This document shows, piece after piece, positions 25,517-38,009 of a DNA stretch of 64,000 bases. This DNA is from Camelus dromedarius (Eukaryota). The first letter of the stretch is position 1, and every line of letters starts with the position of its first letter. The position numbers and the translations under genes are program-made. The notes under the pieces are model-generated. The model made no database searches and was not told the origin of the DNA. It saw only the letters and a program-made list of their open reading frames with translations. Where the stretch lies: contig NC_087436.1 in assembly GCF_036321535.1 (NCBI RefSeq), positions 103,852,001-103,916,000 of the forward strand, read 5' to 3'.

Positions 25517-25753
25517 TGTGTGTGTGTCTGTGTGTCTGTCTGTGTCTGTGTGTCTGTCTGTAGCTGTGTGTGTCTGTGTGTGTGTGTGTGCTGTGTGTAT
25601 GCCTGTGTGTGTCTGTGTCTGTATGTGTCTGTGTGTCTGTGCATGTGTCTGTGTGTATGTCTGTGTATATTTGTCTGTGTGTGTCTGCATTTGTGTGTCT
25701 GCATGGATATGTGTGTGTGTCTGTGTGTCCGTATGTGTGTGTCTACATACATG
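25517..25753. repeat. Degenerate (TG)n/(TGTGTC)n simple repeat, about 240 bp
   Basis: Direct read. It explains the C/V- and H/T-rich ORFs here. Confidence 0.95.
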
Positions 25754-27859
25754 CAGGCTCATATTTTGACAGTAAGGATCAGTTTGTAACTGGATAGGAA
25801 TCAGATGAGTGAGAAATAAAGAAGGTCTAGTGTGAGTGGACACTCTAGCAATGGGCAGGTTGTCTAGGTAGAAACTTAAGAAATTCCTGAGAAAAGAGAC
25901 TCCCTTAGGAGCCCTGCCAGCCTTCCTCACTGCAGCTCACAACTGAGCTCGGACCCTGGTGATGGCCTTGGTCTGGGGGCGCCAATGCACGGGCTCAACT
26001 CCCCCGACACCAGGCAGCTGTAACCAGGACTGACTGCTGGGACTGAGTAAGTTCCTGGGGTCCTTGGACTTGACACATGGGGGAAATAGACCCCAGAAAG
26101 GTCAACACATTCCTGCAGTAACAAAGCTGGTGCCCAAGCCATTTTACTGAAATACAAAAAGTGATTTGACCTCAGTCTGAATTCTGAGCTGGTAAACCAC
26201 ACAGATTGCTTACCTTTCTGATCAGTGAAAACAATAAAGCTATTTTCATTTGAAAGAAAGTAAAAGTGCAGAAAGGGCCTGGCATTCTGAAAATTGTTCC
26301 CAATTGACTGCAAAACCAAGCATGCCCATGTTCCTCCAAAATGTAACCTGGACCGGCAGCTTCAATACTCAAGAGTCACAAGAATGTTTTTGTTATTTGT
26401 TCTTAACTGTGGACAGGAAAAAAAAAATGAGTACGAGAAGAGGAAATGTAAAAGCTGGAGTGGGTTTGTCATCTGCTTTTTCAAGCCTGCCTGAGACTAA
26501 AGAAAACACCCTGGTCTGTTCTATCCGCCCTCCTGTTGCTCTAAGCTGCGCGGAGATAGTATTTGAATAAACAGAGCACAGAGAAGTGCTCCTGGAAGGG
26601 CCGTGTGTGCTGCAGGCAACGCGTGATGAGCCCAAAGCAGAGATATTTCGGGGTCAGAATCAAATCTGAGTGTCCTTTGAAGCCTGTATTTCCCTTCTCA
26701 AGAGTTTTACTTTTCTTCTTGTCCTTAATGCTGGCATCTTCATGGCTTGAGCCCCAGGAAGGAGCCCGCAGCTGCCCTTGACTCCAGCTGCTGGGGGGTC
26801 AAGCCCAGGTGGGGAGGCGCACCTGCTTCCTTCCCCATCTTCATCCAATGTGCTTCTGACTGTGGACTTAGCTCTGGGATTCCAGAGGTCCTGGCTGGTT
26901 CTCAGGAGGCATGTGTAAGAGTTTCTTCACAAGCAGAAGAAATTCCCTTCTTATTACTGGCGTAAATCCATCTACCATCCTGTCAGCAGAGAGCGTGTGC
27001 ACGTCAGTCTCTGTGAAGGAGGGGGAAAAATTAAACTTTGGAACTTTGGTACGATATAGATAAGGAAAGGTTGTGGGAACGCTGGAGGTTTTCAAAGCAA
27101 ATGTACTGAAAAGTGAAATGAGGTATTTTCAAACATTATTTCTTATCAAACTTGTAAACAGAACTGCTGTGAATCAAGGACGTGTTGGGAAAGCAGAGGT
27201 TAAGGAACTAGGGACTTGCAAAGTTTTCAATCCATTTGCTCTGAAGTTGCCTTCACCGAGCAACCAGAGCCTTGCCGCCTGGGGCTCTGGGGTGTCAACT
27301 GCAGGTCCTGTTAAGTACACTTCCTGGTCAGTCACAGCCTGGAGAAACCTGAGGAGGGCAGAGGGGCCTTCCAGGTGAGCAAGTCCGATAAGAACCAAAG
27401 GAACAGATCTGTTTTCGTATTTCCAAAGAATGTATAAAAGTGTTTGATGTTCAGCCCTTCTGACAATTAAAAAATTCAGGAACTCACCAGAAACATGTGC
27501 CCCAAAATGAAACCTAGAAAGAAAAAGTTAAAAGTGAAAAAGTGATACATGAAACGAAAGAATAATGAAGAGAAGGCACATGGAACAAGACTAGATTAGG
27601 AAGTCCTTCGGGCTGGAGAAGACGATGGGCCTGATGGAACCGGGAAGAAATCTCAGGGAAAAAAAGCTAATGGGGTAGGGTCCGTGCTCTGAGTTTAGCT
27701 CATGGTAGATGTCATTTCTCCAGGTTCCTTTGGGAGAGGCTGGTGGGGGCTCCAGGTACAGTAGGGTTGTGCTGTAGTGAAAAGAAAACTGGGTGGGAGG
27801 CTGGGGAGCCAGCCTCTAGTCCTGGGTGGTGAAACTTCTCAAACAGTGTCTATTCTAGA

Positions 27860-28110
27860 AACACTTACCGAGGGTCTGCTCTGTGCTGAGGACCATGACG
27901 GACATTAGGGTGCAGTGATGAACAGGACAGCCCCAGACCTTCCACTTACAGAGCTGAAGATTTAGAAGAATGATTTAAAATTTATATTTTTAAATACACA
28001 CACACACACACAATTGCAGACAGAGTTGGAAAGGCAGCACTAGGAAAATATTTATCAAGGAGACCTGACCTGACCTAGGGTTTAAGGACAGTCTCCCTGA
28101 GGAAGTGAAG
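27860..28110 (-). mobile_element. LINE-2 fragment
   Basis: acacttaccgagggtctgctctgtgc..gcagtgatgaacaggacag..tctccctgaggaagtga. Confidence 0.65.
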
Positions 28111-28364
28111 AAGAAGAATGGAGGATGAGTAAAAGAAAACGGAGGAGGACTTTTTTAAGTCTCTCCCATTAGGATATAAAAGCCATGAGGACAGAGGCAG
28201 GGTCTGCCATTGACCCATGTGTTCCTAATGCCCAGAACAGAACTGGCTTCTAAGAAATAGTCAATAACCATCTCTGCATGAATGACGGGGCCAACCTGGG
28301 TCATCCGCTTGTCCAGGGGGGTTGGTTTTAATTTTAGAGAGATACTGAGGGCGAGTGAGATGCA

Positions 28365-28800
28365 GTGTGTATCTGTCAAGATGACAATAAGAAACAGATT
28401 GTGCACTCAGTGGGACAACAGAGGAGAGTTAAATAAAGGGGCTGTTTACAAAGGCGCGGACCAGGGAGGGGAAACTGATGAGGGCTGACGCAGGGCCCCA
28501 GGTGTGGCCAGAAGCTGTCACTTCCCAGGCAGAGGGCATAAGGAAAGACAGTTTCCAGATTTTCTCACCAGTGTAAATTGAGGGCACGTGTAGGAGCAGA
28601 GCTGGGAGTTTTGGTGAGGAATGAACCCAGGAAAGGGGGAGCCCAAGGAGTCACCTCACTCTCCCAGCTCCCATCTCCTCTCAGTGCCTCCCATTGGATG
28701 AATCTAATCAGATGCCTTAGAGAAGGGAGCCCAGGTGATGAGAGTTCTGCAGCTCAGCCTCCCAGGCAGAGAGGCTGAGAAGGGCGCAGTATGGCTCTGG
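28365..28800 (-). mobile_element. Old ERVL-class LTR fragment
   Basis: aagaaacagattgtgcactca..ataaaggggctgtttacaaagg..cctcccattggatgaatctaatcag resembles old ERVL LTRs. Subfamily uncertain. Confidence 0.5.
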
Positions 28801-29964
28801 GGTGGTGGGAGGTGGGGTAAAGGGAAGTTACCTGTGCATGGTTTTTTTCACACCTTCAGAAACATACAGTAGCAGAGGAGTGATGCACCAGAGTGACACT
28901 GGGCAAACAAAACAACGTATTTCCACTGTGCATACAGATTTACAGAAAGGAGAGTCTCGTTTCCCATAACCTCCCTCTGGTCCCTTTGGAGCCCCGCCTT
29001 TCCTTTCTTCCCGCTGCCCCCGCCGCAGCCTCTCACTGCCCTCGGCTTGTCAGACATGGGAAACAGCATGGTGGCTACAATCTGCGGAATCATCCTTTAC
29101 ATGTTGGTGCTGCCTCGGGTTGTGATGCAGAATAAACTGGAGGCATGAAAAAGAATGGCGTTCTGAAATTCTTACTGAGCTCAAAAGCAGCAGGAGATGG
29201 TAGAACAAGAGATTTGAATTTCATGCCCTCCTTCACCTGGGTTGCAAGTTTTGAAAATGCAGAATTCCTGAAGTGCTGACCTTGGAAATGACAGGACTCA
29301 AGCTCAGAAGTTTCTAAAGGATTCGGGCTGCTCTGTATTTTCCCCACAGATTTGGGTGTCTGCTTTCTCAACACAGAGCCTGCAGACGTGGATGCACACA
29401 TGCCAAAGATTCATGGAAGTTTTTTGTGTATTTGTCTCTTTGGCGTCTAATTCAGTGCTTTGCCCCAGGCTTCATATCACAGGCACAATCAAGTATTATC
29501 TCATAAAATTTTAAATATAGTCAGTGCTTAAAGTACTTTTCTTAGCATAATAGAAACTTGGGGTAGGAGAGACGAGGGGAAAAAATTCCCATTCAACCTT
29601 CACTGAGCTCAAGTGAGCAACAGCACTGAGCAAACCTGGCCCCCAAAGTTCCAGGCACCCCAAAGTTGTCATTTGCTGCAGCCTTTCCCATCATCATTGA
29701 AGACATTTCCCCATTGTGGACCACCCCTGCTGAAGGAGTTCTCTGTTCTACAATGTACATCATTAAAATCAAAGATCAATGCTGGGTCCTGGGAGGAATT
29801 TTGCAGGGCCAGTTCTGGTGCCCCTGAAAAATTACATGGCAGCAACTTAGAATCTCAAAGGTTTCTTTTTGCAGAGTTCACCCTCAGATTTCAGTAATAG
29901 CCCTCCACATAGGGTCTGAAAGAGCTGTCTGCAGGAACTAGCCACATGCTGGGCTCTGATAGAG

Positions 29965-30158
29965 GCTGCAAATGGCATTATTTTATTCTTTTTTATGGCA
30001 GAGTAGTATTCCATTGTATTAATATCCCACAACTTCTTTATCCAGTCATCTATCAATGGATATTTAGGTTGTTTCCATGTCTTGGCTATTGCAAATATTG
30101 CTGCTATAAATATCAGGGTGCAAGTATCTTTTCAAATTAGAGTTCCCTCTAGATATAT
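29965..30158 (-). mobile_element. LINE-1 fragment (ORF2 C-terminal region)
   Basis: Its reverse complement matches 30870-31040. The ORF reads DDWIKKLWDINTMEYYSAIKKNKIMPFAA. Confidence 0.92.
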
Positions 30159-30159
30159 T

Positions 30160-30315
30160 GGGCAGCAAATTTAAGAAGGCATAAAAAGCTCAGGAATCAA
30201 GATACATTATACATCAATGCATTATTTTAAAAAAAAAAAATCAAAACTGAGACCAAAAGGTCTATGATGAGCAAAATACCAAAAATTTAAATAAAGACAG
30301 GATCTGACCCTGCAC
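30160..30315. mobile_element. DNA transposon fragment (hAT-Tip100-type, tentative)
   Basis: caaatttaag..ctcaggaatcaagat..aatgcattattttaaaa..atgatgagcaaaatacc..aaataaagacaggatc resembles recalled hAT-Tip100 consensus. Confidence 0.5.
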
Positions 30316-30519
30316 TTTATGACTCCCCTCTCCTTACCTGTGTCCCAGGCCTGGTCCACAGTACACACCTACATGTTTTCTGCCAGTGGCTGCCACCCCC
30401 AGCCCTGCCATGTTGCCCAGGTGATAAGAACACGTCTACGTTACTCACTTCAGTGGAGTTTCCACCTTTTGTGATAGTTATGATGTCATCATTCAAGATT
30501 ATATATATTGGATTAAATT

Positions 30520-30720
30520 TCCACTCCAGACACTGTGCTAAGTGCTCTACACCAGTGATTCATCTAATTCTAGAAGGTGAGGTAAGTGTTAGAGTCCACA
30601 AGTATAGAATCCAGGGCTCAGAGAGGTTCAGTAATTTGCCCCGCTCACTGTCAGTGAAAAGCCAGGGTTCCCACCCTGCCCAACTGATTTTGAGGCCATT
30701 CCTCCACTGTTGTACCACAC
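30520..30720 (-). mobile_element. MIR SINE
   Basis: ccagacactgtgctaagtgctctaca..gggctcagagaggttcagtaatttgccc. Confidence 0.75.
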
Positions 30721-30869
30721 TCCAACTCCAGCATGAGCCAGGCTCCAGTTGGGAACAGCTTAGGGGCCACCACGGAGTCTAAGCAGAATTCACCATGACT
30801 GTCCTCTTATCAATACAGGGCTGTGTACACTCTGCTCAGACCTCTCAACAATGGAGAATTTCTTGTTGT

Positions 30870-31452
30870 CAAAAAGACACCTGCACCCCAATATTTATAG
30901 CAGCACATTTACAATAGCCAAGACATGGAAACAGACTAAATGTCCATTAACAGATGACTGGATAAAGAAGTTGTGGTATACATATACACAATGGAATACT
31001 ACTCAGCCATAAAACATAATAAAATAATGCCATTTGCAGCAACATGGATGGACCTAGAGAATGTCATTCTAAGTAAAGTAAGCGAGAAAGATAAAGAAAA
31101 ATACCATAGCATATCACTTACACGCGGGATCTAAAAAAAAAGACACACGTGAACTTATTTATAAAACAGAAACAGAGTCACAGACACAGAAAACAAACTT
31201 ATGGTTACAGGAGGAAATGGGATGGGAAGGGATAAATTGGAAGTCAGAAATTTGCAGATACTAACTACTATATATAAAATAGATTAACAAGTTTCTACTG
31301 TATAGCTCAGGGAAATACATTCTGCATCTTGTAATAACCTATAATGAGAAAGAATACAAAAACAACTATATGTATGTATATGTATGACTGAAAAACTATG
31401 CTGTACACCAGAAATTGACACAACACTAAACTGACAATACTTCTAATAAATT
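30870..31452 (+). mobile_element. Young 5'-truncated LINE-1 3' end
   Basis: aaaagacacctgcaccccaat..gacatggaaac..gctgtacaccagaaattgacacaac, with the same 3'UTR type as the 20461 and 61097 copies. Confidence 0.92.
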
Positions 31453-31769
31453 AATTAATTAATTTGGTGCCCAAGCGAATTGCTCACTCTTCCTCCCAAG
31501 CCCCGCGGCCGTTCCTGCAGCTTTCCACCCTGAGCCCCACTTAAGCAGGCCTCATGGGCTCCAATCTTTTCCTTAAGATCTTTCTCCCCAGGACCCCTCT
31601 GCCTGAGCTGAGACCCCCAAGACTCCAAACAAAACAGCTCCTGGCTTGGTGATACTTCACTTGATTTCTCTTCTGCCATCTTTTCTTTTTCTTTTTTCCT
31701 TTCCTCTTTGCCTGCTCTATTATGACTTTTACAAAATAAAAAAATAAAAAGCAAACTTTGGAATTGGAA

Positions 31770-32420
31770 GGCTGAGCGCTCTCCACTTGAAAATCAGCCC
31801 AAATTGTGTCATTACCCTGAGGAACCAGAGGAGTGAATGGAAACGAATACGGCAAATTCGCAATGAGTCGTCTTAATGCAGTAAGAGCCTTGCTCAAAGG
31901 GCCTGTTTTCCAGGTGTAGAGTGCAGCTGGCTGCCACTAAGCGACCACCAGGCGTGTTTGCAAAGTGCAGAAGCCTTAATCAGCATTACCATTAGCGTCT
32001 TCCTCGAGCCCTGGTCCCGCTGACTCCTCTCCCTCTGCAGCAGCCCTAAACGATGCTGTTAAGTAATTCAGGTTGAAGTACCATCATGGAGACCAATTTT
32101 ACTAATGCACACACAGCAAACAGAGGCTGGGCTACTGTAGAGAGAGGGAGCTCTCTTTTCTTTTAAATCAGAGAACAAGAATGAGAATTACCAGTTAGGT
32201 TGGAGCCGCGGCCTCGCCATGGCTTCCCTGTGGATTAACATTTTCTGACTTGGCACTTTGCAGAAAGGTTACAGCTATTTGTTATGTGCAAGCCATGCAT
32301 AGCGATTAGAACTGCTAAATCGCTTAAACCGGGACACTTGTGGGGATTTCAGTGCAGACATCATTGTCCTTGGATTTCTGATGACAGCTGTCACTCAGAA
32401 TTGGCTGCAAAGGCCTAGAT
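31770..32420. promoter_or_regulatory. Candidate enhancer / conserved non-coding element
   Basis: Repeat-free, retains CpGs, and has multiple TAAT/ATTA cores. Contains TGAGTC and the palindrome TGACAGCTGTCA (32382-32393). Function is inferred. Confidence 0.45.
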
Positions 32421-33299
32421 TTTGCATATATATGTATATATTTTCTGTTATTTCTTACCATATACAGTATTCTTGATTCCTTTCCCAATTAACGCTTCTG
32501 TTATAAATGTTTTCATTCTGAAAGTGAACAGTTACCTTGTGAAGTCTGTAACTTAGCAACTATCCAGCAAGATGGAGACCTAGTTCAAAGACAACACTTG
32601 GTCCTGTGTAAAGACTTATTCAAAACATGCAGAGTTAACAGGAGTCAGGAATCAACAAATGGCAATCCACGTAAGAACAAAGAAAGCATTTAAAAGGTAG
32701 GGGGCTAGAATATTCTAGAAACTGGTCAAGGGATCACTTTGGATAAAGCACCTGTGAAGTTCACACATGTTAAATCCAACAGTTTCTGATTAGAGCCAGC
32801 AACTGAGTTCCTAAGACACTATAAACCCCAGGACTGGCATTCTCTATAAAAGCTGTTCTCTTAAAACTATGACTTCCCAGTAAGAGCCCCCCATTTAGAT
32901 GTCTCTGTGATTCAGATTTCCCAATATCATTTTGGTTATATATTAAGCAGACTCGGCTTGAGACCACGGAAAAGTAGGACATCAGAGAAGCATTAGATCA
33001 CCCAGGCTACTTAGAAGATTAGTAATCTAAAAGGGCACACAAAACCTGCTTTAAAATGTCTTTGGCTTCCAGCATCTAACTTGAAACAGGCTTCCAGGAA
33101 GAAAAGATAAGGAGCTGGGAGGGAAGACATTAACACTGATGGGGGACCGCTATGTGTCAGATGCCACACCAGGCACGTCACAGAACTTCTCGCTTAAACT
33201 GGTTCAGAATGATGTGAAATCATCAATCCTCTTGCCCCTTTCCCTTAATTTTCAGAGAAGCTCATTCACTGCAAAGTACCTTACGTATCCAATTTTAAT

Positions 33300-33720
33300 T
33301 ACTCTTTTATTAGTTTGGATGCAACTGACAGAATCTCCATTCAAAGCAGTTTTGGCAAAAAGAGATTTGCTAGCTCAACTCCAAAGAAAAACGGAGAAAC
33401 CAGACTGTGGGATGGGCAGAGATGCAGCCCAGTTTCAGGACGGCTGGAGCCTGGGGAGTGATACACCAGGATTATCTTCCTAAAACTTATCTCTTTCTCA
33501 CTGGGTGTTGGTTTATTCGTCTTCAGTGCATTTGAGGGAAACGTGGCTCTCCCCCAAGCACTTGAGCTTGACATCACAGAGCCCCTTGATCAGGAGAGGA
33601 GCTGCCCAGCGTCTCTTACCTCAAGACTGAAACTCCCACCAAGAAAACAGTTCATGACAGACACAAGGCGCCGGTGGTCGCCACGCCAACAGGAGGAGAG
33701 CACTTTCTGGAAGAAGGGGA
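33300..33720 (-). mobile_element. Old MLT1 LTR fragment
   Basis: tttggatgcaactgacagaatctccattcaaagcagttttggcaaaaagag is typical of reverse old MLT1 3' ends. Confidence 0.55.
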
Positions 33721-34849
33721 CGGCGGGCAGCAGTCCTCTTAAAGTTCCCTACACCCATCCGGAGCGTCCTTCTCTCCCTAGTGAATGCCTAGTTTAATTC
33801 CCAGCACATGGCAGGCCTTCAGTGAATAAATACTGAATGTCAAGTATGAAAAAGGGGAAGTAAAAGGAAGGGAAGTGAGCAGAATAGACAAAAGGCCAGA
33901 CTGACCATGACTCCAGTTCAAAGTGACATACCCTCCCTGCAGGTGAGCTCACTACCTACAAAACACATCGAGAGCCCAGGAGAAAGCCGCTGGTGTGTGT
34001 TCAGAAGCCAGGGAGCCTTTACCCTCAGCTGGTGCAGAGCTCTGACCACCCCAGTAAGGCTCTCTAGCCACCAGTGTTTCCAGGCTTATTTTATCTTCCC
34101 CTGCCATAATATTAGCTTTTTCTTTTAGCAGCTGGTCTGAGAATCTCTCCTCCAGGGAGAGACCCACTTTCGTCAGGCAAATTCTTTGATAAACGCACTC
34201 AGGGGCTCAGGTCAGTTGGTGCTGTGATTAGAGAATCAGGTGGGGCTGCTCTGCATGAGATAAGAAAAGTGACTGCTCTGCTTCTGAGAGGAGGGGAGGT
34301 GAGAAGGGAGGAGGGTGGGAAGGAAGGTGGGGAGGAAGTGGAGTGGGGGAGAGACTCTAAGTCAAGGGCACATTCAAAGAAGCCTGGGAAGAAAAGAGAC
34401 GCGTGTCTCAGGGTGTGCGGCGCTCTGGGCTCTGCTATGTGAGCCCCTCTGTGACCCCAGCATCCTTTACAAAACACCAGCAGTCCCCACTCACTCACGG
34501 GGGTGGCCTTCCTGGAGAAGCCTGAGAAGGGAGGAGATTTCGTGTCAAGGTCAGCAGGGCACGCAAAGAGCCTGACCACGCGGGCAAAGGGGCAACCTCT
34601 GGCCTGGGCTCCCAGTGCCCACGTGTGACATGACCCGCACGTCGTGCCTTAGTCCGCACCTGCGAGGAGCCCGGCAGGGCACAGCGCAAGTGTCCAAGGT
34701 GAGGACTGCTGCCCTTCCCTCCCTACTCCTTAAGGGAGCAAGTCCAAGTTCTAAGTCCAAGTTCTAACAATTCCGCCTGGTAAGTCTAGCTTTGAACAGC
34801 TCCCAAGTTCCTGTCCCGTGGCTGGTTTTTCTGGCCTGAGGTCTCATGT

Positions 34850-35248
34850 GCTCCCCTCCCTGTCTTCTTCCTCCCTCCTCCAAACCACCGTGCTGTGCTT
34901 CCCCCTCCACCTCCCGCCCTGCATCTGGCAAGCTCCTCTTTATCCCTCAGATCTCACCCTCCCTGTGCCTTTTCCTAGGGAGCCTCCCCCTAATCTCCAA
35001 AGCTAGAGCCATGTGCCTTTCATGTGACCATGACTCCCTGACTTATTTCGAGCACCACCCTGAGCCCATTGAATCAGAACTACTTGCCACGTTTCTGCCT
35101 GTCTCTCCCACTAGACTGTAAACTCAGCGAGGCCCTGCTGTGTTGTTTTACTCACCACGGCTTCCCTGGCACAAAGCACAGCACCTGCCCCACAGCAGGT
35201 GCTCAATAAATTTCTGCTGAATGTGTTGAATAAATGATTGGATGAATA
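34850..35248 (+). mobile_element. LINE-2 3' end
   Basis: ccactagactgtaaactc..cagcaggtgctcaataaat..tgaataaatga. Confidence 0.85.
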
Positions 35249-35559
35249 AGGCCCCCTCCCCAGTCCCTCCCCATCAAAGGCATGCAGAGCCTGCAGCCAC
35301 AACTCTGCCATTAACAAGTGACTCTTATGATGTACCTGATGGTGGCCTCCATGGAGCAGAATACCTGCCCAGAGTCTGGGGACCCCCATCTCAGGTGAGT
35401 GAGGCTGGGAGAAAGAGGAGACTGAGAAAACTTACCAATCTGCCTCCTGCTACAGTCCACCTGGCCACCATGTCCAGAAAACATACATGGATCCCATGGG
35501 CACCAAAACTGTCCTCTCCCCGGGGCTGCTGGGTGACCACAGAGACAGGAGCAGGACCT

Positions 35560-35900
35560 TCTAGAAGCCTCTCAGATGTCCTGGGTCTCTGAACACATGA
35601 AACAAACAGCACGGTCCCCATTCTCAGTGAGCCTGAAGTCTAGTTGAGGAGACCGGACATCACAGAGAGCCACGGTCTGCAGAAGACGGCAGCAGGGAGA
35701 AGGCAGTGAGTGGTCAAAGCCCACGGGGGAGGGTCCTTCGGAGAAGGGCAGCGACGATCCCCCAGAGGACTCAGAAAACGGACAGCATCTGAGGAGACGG
35801 ACAGAAGCAGGGACGTGTTGGGGACAGGAAGAACGGAAGGCAGAAGTGCAGACGTGGGGAAACCAGAGGACCCTCAGAGGCAGGGAGGAAACCATGGTGG
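35560..35900 (-). mobile_element. LINE-2 fragment
   Basis: tgaaacaaacagcacggtcccc..gagcctgaagtctagttgaggagac. Confidence 0.55.
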
Positions 35901-36614
35901 CTGGAGCGGGAGACTGATTTCTAAAGAGGAGGAGAACCAGGAGCCCGGAGGGCTCGGATTGTGGGTGTCTGAGCTCCAGGTCATAGAATTTGAACCCTGA
36001 CCCCCTAAAGATTTAGGCTCAGGTTCCCAGTGAGACAGAGCTTGGGGACAGTAATCCCGTCAAGGTGAAGGCTGTGCTGGGAGAGCGAGGCTGTGAGGGA
36101 TGATGAGCGAAGCTCACGTGAGGCTCTTGTGGGAAGAAGGGCCCCTTCCCTCCTCTAAGGACCCGGCAGGGGAGACAAAGGTGAGGAGAGGAGTGGGGGG
36201 TGCGGAGAGGACAGGCTTAGGGCTGCAGCCTGAGCTAAGGAGAATTTAGCTTTATAGGAAATAGTTCTATTTTTCACAAGGAAAACTGTTTTTGTCGCAC
36301 TTGAGTGATTAGAGGTAATAAAATTATTTAAAAGACATGAAAGAAAGCAGGAGCAAGAGATGAAGAGAGAAAGAAGAGATGAAAGATGAAAAAGGAAGAC
36401 TGAGGCAGAGAAGGGAGCGAGGAAGAGGGGACAAAGGAAAAACAGGGCGACTGTTCTGTGCCAAGTGCTCTTAAAGGCATGAAGATAAAAAACAGACAAG
36501 ATAGAGAAGTTTCCCTCCCCCACGGAACTTAACTTTAATGGAGCAGATAGATAATAAACAAGTTAGTAAATAAACAATTTCACTCCAAATAGTAAGAAGT
36601 AAGAAAAATAATAA

Positions 36615-37130
36615 GCTATCAGCGTGAGCAGACAGGGTTCCAGGTATCTTTCTCGGTATAAAAACCAACTGCCAAATAATATCTTTAAAGAGTAGTAATC
36701 ATTTGTTTTTATGCCTAATAGTCATTTGGTTTGCACCAGCCTGGCCAGGACTCAGTGGGGACAGCCCATGTCTGCTGCAGGCAGTGTCACTGGGGCAGCT
36801 CGGGGGTGCAGGCTGGTCACCCAAGCTGTTCTCTCACATCTGGAGATGACGCCGTCTGGCAGCTGGCACCTTGGCTGGGTCGACTGGCTGCGGCAGCTTC
36901 ACATGGCTTCTCTTCTTGGTTTCTCTCACAAAACGGTGGAAAGATTCCAAAAGCAAGGGTTCTGAGAGAGAGAGGTTGACACTATATTATCGTTTCTAAT
37001 CTAGCCTCAGAGTTCATATAGTATCTTTTCCATTGCATTCTATTCGCAGAAGCAAGTCACACAGGGGGTCCCGTACTTGAGGGGAGAGGAATTAGTCTCC
37101 ACGTTTCCAACGGAGTAGTGTCAAAAAGAT
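36615..37130 (-). mobile_element. MLT1 LTR (MLT1F/G/H-like)
   Basis: tctagcctcagagttcatatagtatcttttccattgcattctattcgcagaagcaagtcac..gaggggagaggaattagtctccac. Confidence 0.7.
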
Positions 37131-37183
37131 GATGTAAGAGGCCAGCCTCTTACACCAGATGGTTAAGAAAGGGCATTCCAGAA

Positions 37184-37410
37184 TCAGTCAGGGTTCTCCA
37201 GAGAAACAGAACCAAGAGGAGATTTTATATATATATATGTGTTTATATTTATATTTATATTTGGTGTACACACACATATATACATACATAAGAAGAGATG
37301 TTTGTTTCAAGGATTGGCATATGCAACCGTGCTAATTCTGCCAATTATGAGAAGTGGCAAGTCTAAAATCCATCAGGCAGTCTGCAGCTGGAAACTCAGG
37401 CAGGAGTTAG
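37184..37410 (-). mobile_element. MLT2 LTR fragment
   Basis: tcagtcagggttctccagagaaacagaaccaa..tggcaagtctaaaatc..ctggaaactcaggcaggagtt. Confidence 0.8.
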
Positions 37411-38009
37411 AGGAAATCCTGGAAGGTTCTGAGCAGAGTGGCATGATCTGACTCACACCATGTAAAGACGGCACCGGCTGCTGGTGGAGGGAGCATGCCT
37501 CCGGAAGGGCTACCCAGAGTTAGCAGCTCCCTGGATCAGGAGTCTGGAAGGAGGGGATGAAGGGGGCCGAGGTAGGACAGCTGATGCCTTCCAGGTCAGC
37601 TGACTGAGCAGTGTCAGCCGTGGAACAGGAATGAAGAAATCAAATTGGGGCTCCAATTCGAAGAAAGTCAGGTGTGAGATGAAAACTTCTCAGCTGTCTT
37701 GAATCCAAAAGCAATGGGAAGTTCAGGACAAGGGCTGGCTGGCTGGTTCGGGACTGCAACACTGTCTGGAAGGCTTTGCTTGGAAGTGATGGCTGAAACC
37801 ATGGCACGAGGGGCTGACCAGGGGAGACAGGAGAGCCCGCAGTATCTTCCAGCGGCCAGCTCCTCACGATTATCTATTCATGACCCCACAGGGGATTCAA
37901 GGAGCTGAAGAAAGAAAAAGGAAACAGTTTGAAGAGAATACCTCTCCGTTCTCTGTCTCCCAAAAAGGCCACGTATGTGCTGAGATGTTAAAGGCAGTCC
38001 AGGAGAGGC

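Noticed and set aside
25448..25930. 160-aa and overlapping H/T- or C/V-rich ORFs
   Set aside because: These are translations of a degenerate (TG)n repeat.
32547..33010. Possible old ERV LTR (also possible LTR pieces at about 5060-5550 and 7615-7860, and an L1 5' piece at about 10070-10500)
   Set aside because: The resemblance is too faint to assign family or boundaries without a Dfam search.
34289..34349. G-rich purine tract as a G-quadruplex
   Set aside because: Irregular G-runs in low-complexity sequence are common and give no specific support.
34740..34765. 13-bp tandem duplication AAGTCCAAGTTCT x2
   Set aside because: An ordinary slippage duplication with only two units and no spacers, so not CRISPR-like.
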